DNA from: Candidatus Bathyarchaeia archaeon
GTDB lineage: Archaea; Thermoproteota; Bathyarchaeia; Bathyarchaeales; Bathycorpusculaceae
Assembly (NCBI GenBank): GCA_050012255.1
Contig: JBEKHN010000007.1
Span: forward strand, 32,001 to 96,000
Reading direction: 5' to 3'
DNA length: 64,000 nucleotides
A program made the translations under genes and the position numbers. Within the stretch, counting starts at the first letter, position 1, and every line of letters starts with the position of its first letter. The notes under the pieces were generated by a model. That model was not told the DNA's origin. It worked only from the letters and a program-made list of their open reading frames with translations, and searched no databases. Of this stretch, positions 59,907 through 64,000 are shown piece after piece.

Positions 59907-60085
59907 ACATCCCTGTATTCGCGTTTTCACCCCGTCTATTTCACCCTCCCCCTCCCCCCTAGGGTACTAGTACTGCACGTAGGCTTTCGTGAAGGCCCTA
60001 GTGGATTTGTATGGGCTTGAAGCTGAGCGCGTGCCGAGCGCTCAGCAGAGGGTCTGGGAAAGGGTCGTAACTTTTCAATGCACTG
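59907..60085 (+). repeat. Dispersed intergenic repeat, copy B (core 59907-59977)
   Basis: Near-identical to copy A core, colinear beyond it. Confidence 0.9.
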
Positions 60086-60293
60086 TCTTGAAGTTGCCTT
60101 CTGGTTTCACGATCCAGCTGAGACCTTGCCAAGACGCACGTCACTGCCGCCTGAGGTGCGAGACTTCCCGCGCAGGTGTTTGACAAGAGCTCTTTATGGT
60201 CGAATATTTGCCGCTTGGACGATGAAGTGCCTGAGCTTTTCAGGTTTCTTTCGGAAAGAAGTTTAAATGCGCAGTTTTCACTTTATGGTTTGG

Positions 60294-61352
60294 ATGAAGA
60301 AGACAATAACGCTGAAAGTGGACCCTCAGGAACCCGACATGGAAAAGATTCGCATAGCGGCGGGTTTCGTTCGAAGAGGCGGGTTAGTGGCTTTTCCCAC
60401 CGAAACCGTGTATGGTCTTGGGGCGGATGCCTTGAACACGAAGGCTGTTCAGGCCCTTTTTGAGGCGAAGAAGCGTCCACTCGACAACCCTCCGATCGTG
60501 CATGTAGGTCATGTAAGGGATGTTCGCAGGTTGGTTGAAGACGTTTCCTCTGACGGGGAGAAGCTGATGAGAGAGTTCTGGCCTGGACCGCTAACGTTGA
60601 TTTTCAGACGCTCGAAGATTGTGCCGGACGTGACTGTTGCTGGGTTGGACACGATTGCGATAAGAATGCCGAGGCACAATGTTGCTTTGGCCCTGATCAG
60701 GATAAGCAACTGCCCAATTTCGGCGCCGAGCGCAAATCTCGCGGGAAAGCCGAGTCCAACGTTGGCAAGGCATGTTTTAGATGACCTTAACGGTAGAATA
60801 GACGCCGTTTTGGATGCTGGACCGACAAACATAGGAGTGGAGTCTACCGTTCTGGACTTAACTGTTAACCCGCCCCAGGTGCTGCGTCCAGGCGGAACGC
60901 CTTTTGAATTGTTGAAGAAGGCTCTTGGCAGAGTGGAGCTTAATCCAGTCGTCACAGCTGAGAAGCAGTTGCCAGTTGAGAAGGCTCGTTCGCCAGGGGT
61001 CAAGCATAAGCATTATGCTCCTGACGCTGATGTTGTGGTTGTTGAGGGGGAATTGCCCGCTGTAGTTGAAGAAGTTGTCGAGTTGACGAAGTTCTACAAG
61101 CGCAGAGGGAGCACGGTCGGCGTTCTTTGCACGGATGAGACCACTCAGTACTACGATGCAGATGTTGTGAAGTCTCTCGGGAGCAGAAGCGATTTGGCCA
61201 GCGTCGCTCGGAACCTGTTCAGGCTTCTGAGGGAGTTTGACCTGGAAAAAGTGGACGTGATCGTCGCGGAAGGCTTGCCACTTGAAGGGTTAGGGCTTGC
61301 TGTCATGAACAGGCTTCGCAAGGCTGCCGGATACAACATTGTCAAAGCATAA
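60294..61352 (+). CDS. sua5: Threonylcarbamoyl-AMP synthase Sua5
   Basis: AFPTETVYGLGA, FWPGPLT, APSAN, PG.KHKHYAP, AVMNRL.KAA. Confidence 0.97.
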   Translation: MKKTITLKVDPQEPDMEKIRIAAGFVRRGGLVAFPTETVYGLGADALNTKAVQALFEAKKRPLDNPPIVHVGHVRDVRRLVEDVSSDGEKLMREFWPGPLTLIFRRSKIVPDVTVAGLDTIAIRMPRHNVALALIRISNCPISAPSANLAGKPSPTLARHVLDDLNGRIDAVLDAGPTNIGVESTVLDLTVNPPQVLRPGGTPFELLKKALGRVELNPVVTAEKQLPVEKARSPGVKHKHYAPDADVVVVEGELPAVVEEVVELTKFYKRRGSTVGVLCTDETTQYYDADVVKSLGSRSDLASVARNLFRLLREFDLEKVDVIVAEGLPLEGLGLAVMNRLRKAAGYNIVKA

Positions 61353-61406
61353 ATTCTTTTCAGGAGAGCGCAGCAGACTGTGAACTGCCCAAACCTGAGA
61401 CTTCCC

Positions 61407-63068
61407 CTACTTAAGCATGGGCATCTTGATGCTCTTCTCTTTGGCCATCTTTTGCGCGTTCTCGTAGCCCGCGTCTGCGTGGCGAACTATGGCCAACCCT
61501 GGGTCGGTCGTCAGCACAGTGACCAATCTTTTCTCCATTTCCTTAGTTCCATCCGCAACCAAGCACATGCCAGCGTGAATACTGTAGCCTATTCCAACAC
61601 CCCCACCGTGATGTACGCTTACCCACGTGGCGCCGCCGACAGCGTTTATCAAAGCGTTGAGTATAGGCCAGTCGGCGATTGCGTCACTGCCGTCTTTCAT
61701 GCCCTCGGTCTCGCGGTTTGGTGAAGCCACGCTTCCGCCGTCCAAGTGGTCGCGGCCTATCCAAACGGGCCCCGAGATATCTCCGTTCGCCACCATGGTG
61801 TTGATGGTTTTTCCAAACCTTGCGCGTTCACCGAAGCCGAGCCAGCAGACCCGTGCTGGTAAGCCTTGAAACTTCACCTGTTCTTTGGCTTTTCTTATCC
61901 AGCGGCACAATTCTTTGTTGTATGCGAAGTCTTTCAGAATGATGTCATCGAGCTTGTAGACGTCGTCTTCGCTGCCGACGAGTGACGCCCAACGGAACGG
62001 GCCCTTGCCCTCGCAGAACTTGGGCCGTATGTATCGCATCACGAAACCCGGGTACGAGAAGGCATCTTTATAACCGGCTTGGTAGGCCTGTTCTCGCAGG
62101 TTGTTGCCGTAATCAAAAGTAACCGCTCCTTTGCGCATCATTCTGACCATGGTCTCAACTTGCAGACGCATGCTTGAACCTGCACGTCGACAGTATTCTT
62201 TCGGGTCGCTCTTTCGCAGCTCGTCTGCATCTTCCTTGCTCAGACCGGCGGGGTAGTAGCCGTTCAGCGGATCATGTGCGCTAGTCTGGTCAGTCAGGAC
62301 GTCAGGTATGATGCCTCGTTTCAAAAGTTCAGGATGCACCTCCGCAGCGTTGCCCAGCAGGCCGATGCTTCTTGGAACGCCCTGTTTCTTCGCTTCCAAG
62401 GCAAGGTTCACAGCTTCGTCCAGGCTGTCTGTCCATGTTTCCAAGTATTTGTGCTTGCACCTGCGGTCAATTGCGCGTTTGTCTATCTCAACGACGAGCG
62501 CAACGCCCTCGTTCATCGTGACCGCCAGAGGCTGAGCTCCGCCCATCTCACCCAGGCCTGCCGTCAACACAAGCTTTCCGCGCAGGCTTCCACCGAAGTG
62601 TTCTTTGGCGACTTCCGCCAAGGTTTCGTAAGTGCCCTGAAGGATGCCCTGCGTTCCAATGTAGGCCCAAGACCCCGCCGTCATCTGCCCATACATGATT
62701 AAGCCTTTCTGCTCCAACTCGTAGAAATAGTCCCAGTTGGCCCACTTTGGCACGAGCATAGCGTTGACTATCAGGGCCCTCGGAGCCCACTCGTGCGTCT
62801 TGAAAACCGCCACAGGCTTGCCGCTTTGGATGAGCATCGTTTCATCGGTTTCGAGTTCGGTTAACGTTTCGACTATGCGGTCGAAACACTCCCAGTTCCG
62901 AGCAGCCCGACCGGTTCCACCGTAAACAATAAGCCTGTCAGGGTCCTTGGCCACGTCGGGGTCAAGAACGTTGCAGAGCATCCGCAGAATTCCTTCGATC
63001 TGCCAGTTCTTGCAATGCAGCTCGTGCCCAGTGAGGCATCGAATAGGTCTAGTGAGCTTGATCAACAT
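61407..63068 (-). CDS. hutU: Urocanate hydratase
   Basis: [43 protein letters not shown]. Confidence 0.98.
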   Translation of the reverse strand: MLIKLTRPIRCLTGHELHCKNWQIEGILRMLCNVLDPDVAKDPDRLIVYGGTGRAARNWECFDRIVETLTELETDETMLIQSGKPVAVFKTHEWAPRALIVNAMLVPKWANWDYFYELEQKGLIMYGQMTAGSWAYIGTQGILQGTYETLAEVAKEHFGGSLRGKLVLTAGLGEMGGAQPLAVTMNEGVALVVEIDKRAIDRRCKHKYLETWTDSLDEAVNLALEAKKQGVPRSIGLLGNAAEVHPELLKRGIIPDVLTDQTSAHDPLNGYYPAGLSKEDADELRKSDPKEYCRRAGSSMRLQVETMVRMMRKGAVTFDYGNNLREQAYQAGYKDAFSYPGFVMRYIRPKFCEGKGPFRWASLVGSEDDVYKLDDIILKDFAYNKELCRWIRKAKEQVKFQGLPARVCWLGFGERARFGKTINTMVANGDISGPVWIGRDHLDGGSVASPNRETEGMKDGSDAIADWPILNALINAVGGATWVSVHHGGGVGIGYSIHAGMCLVADGTKEMEKRLVTVLTTDPGLAIVRHADAGYENAQKMAKEKSIKMPMLK

Positions 63069-63152
63069 GGTTCACCAGTCTCCAAAATATGTAACCGCAC
63101 TTTAATTCTTTGCCCAGTCCTCTCAAGCCCTAAGGGCTGAGGGCGTTCACAT

Positions 63153-64000
63153 TTACTGTTCTTCTAAGAGGCGGAATTCGCTTCGACTTGCCTCCTTGTC
63201 GACGACGAGCCTGCCGTTCTTGATCACTTTGTCAACCAAGTTCACGCCGAAGCGGTACCCTAGGAACTTGTGGTTTGGCACGTCCAGAACGATTATGTCG
63301 GCCTTCTTGCCGACTTCTAGGCTTCCAATTTCGCCCGCTCTGCAAACAGCGTGTGCAGCGTTGATCGTTGCCGCTGTTATGGCTTCAGCCGGAGTTAACT
63401 TCATGAAGTGGCAGGCGAAGGCGATGACCAACTGTTGGTTCTCAACCCAGCAGCTTGGGTTGAAATCGGTGCCCAAAGCCACGGGAACGCCTGAGTTGAT
63501 CATTTTTCGAGCATCCGCGTAACGACCGCTCATCAGGCTGAAGGCCGCTGCAGGCAGCAAAGTGGCCAAGACTCCTTTCTCAGCCATGGCCTTGATGCCT
63601 TTGTCGGAAGAAAAAAGCATGTGGTCCGCTGAGACCGCTCCGATGCTGGCGGCAAGTTCTGTCCCTCCCAGCAGACTGATCTCGTCAGCGTGCACCCTGG
63701 GCTTCAAGCCTGAGTTCTTGCCCGCCACCAGGACTCGCCTAGCTTGGTCAAGAGTGAAGACTCCTCGTTCGCAAAAAACGTCGCAGAACTCTGCGAGTCC
63801 CTTCCCAGCAACTTTGGGAATCATCTCGCTGATGATCAGACTCACATAGTCTTCTGGGCTGTTTGAAAATTCTGGAGGAACGGCGTGTGCTCCGAGGAAA
63901 GTTGGAACCAAGTCAACCGTGTGCATCTCGTTAAGACGCTGGATGGCCTCCAGTATCTTTAACTCGTCCTTAGTCGTCAGCCCGTAGCCGCTCTTAGCCT
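63153..64000 (-). CDS. hutI: Imidazolonepropionase (5' end outside the window)
   Basis: KSGYGL, TFLGAH, FCDVFCE, HADE, GTDFNP. Confidence 0.95.
   Translation of the reverse strand, partial: AKSGYGLTTKDELKILEAIQRLNEMHTVDLVPTFLGAHAVPPEFSNSPEDYVSLIISEMIPKVAGKGLAEFCDVFCERGVFTLDQARRVLVAGKNSGLKPRVHADEISLLGGTELAASIGAVSADHMLFSSDKGIKAMAEKGVLATLLPAAAFSLMSGRYADARKMINSGVPVALGTDFNPSCWVENQQLVIAFACHFMKLTPAEAITAATINAAHAVCRAGEIGSLEVGKKADIIVLDVPNHKFLGYRFGVNLVDKVIKNGRLVVDKEASRSEFRLLEEQ

Noticed and set aside
23216-59977. Repeat copies as CRISPR repeats or origin recognition boxes
   Set aside because: They are not arrayed with spacers, there are no cas or cdc6/orc1 genes in the window, and they do not match the ORB consensus.
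63122-63141. CTCAAGCCC-TAA-GGGCTGAG hairpin between hutI and hutU
   Set aside because: A single short hairpin with no second copy or other support for a regulatory role.

Overview
Archaeal chromosomal segment. The gene content points to a TACK lineage, most consistent with Bathyarchaeia (inference): crenarchaeal-type PolB1, TackOD1 domain, OSTC-like subunit, intron-containing tRNAs and GGAGGTGA Shine-Dalgarno motifs. It holds three tRNAs (Met with a non-canonical 45/46 intron, Thr, Leu with a canonical intron), rpiA, two moeA, nfo, a type IV pilus operon, an ECF AA'T module and the exosome/proteasome superoperon. These are followed by a flavodiiron/hemerythrin redox module, an accessory stretch (31.5-39 kb) rich in decayed genes, polB1, queT, aglH/aglB, gcvT, topA, carS, radB, a YqgF-like nuclease plus Clp1 kinase pair, a broken nth, ubiD, sua5 and hutU/hutI. 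Notable unannotated signals: (1) a dispersed ~65-170 bp intergenic repeat present four times in both orientations, one copy inside the exosome superoperon; (2) a riboswitch-like queT leader with an anti-SD pseudoknot and an apparent ATA start; (3) at least five recently inactivated genes, including endonuclease III; (4) a 16-nt tRNA-Leu 3'-end scar at 37.6 kb. All family calls come from motif recognition by eye; no database searches were run.
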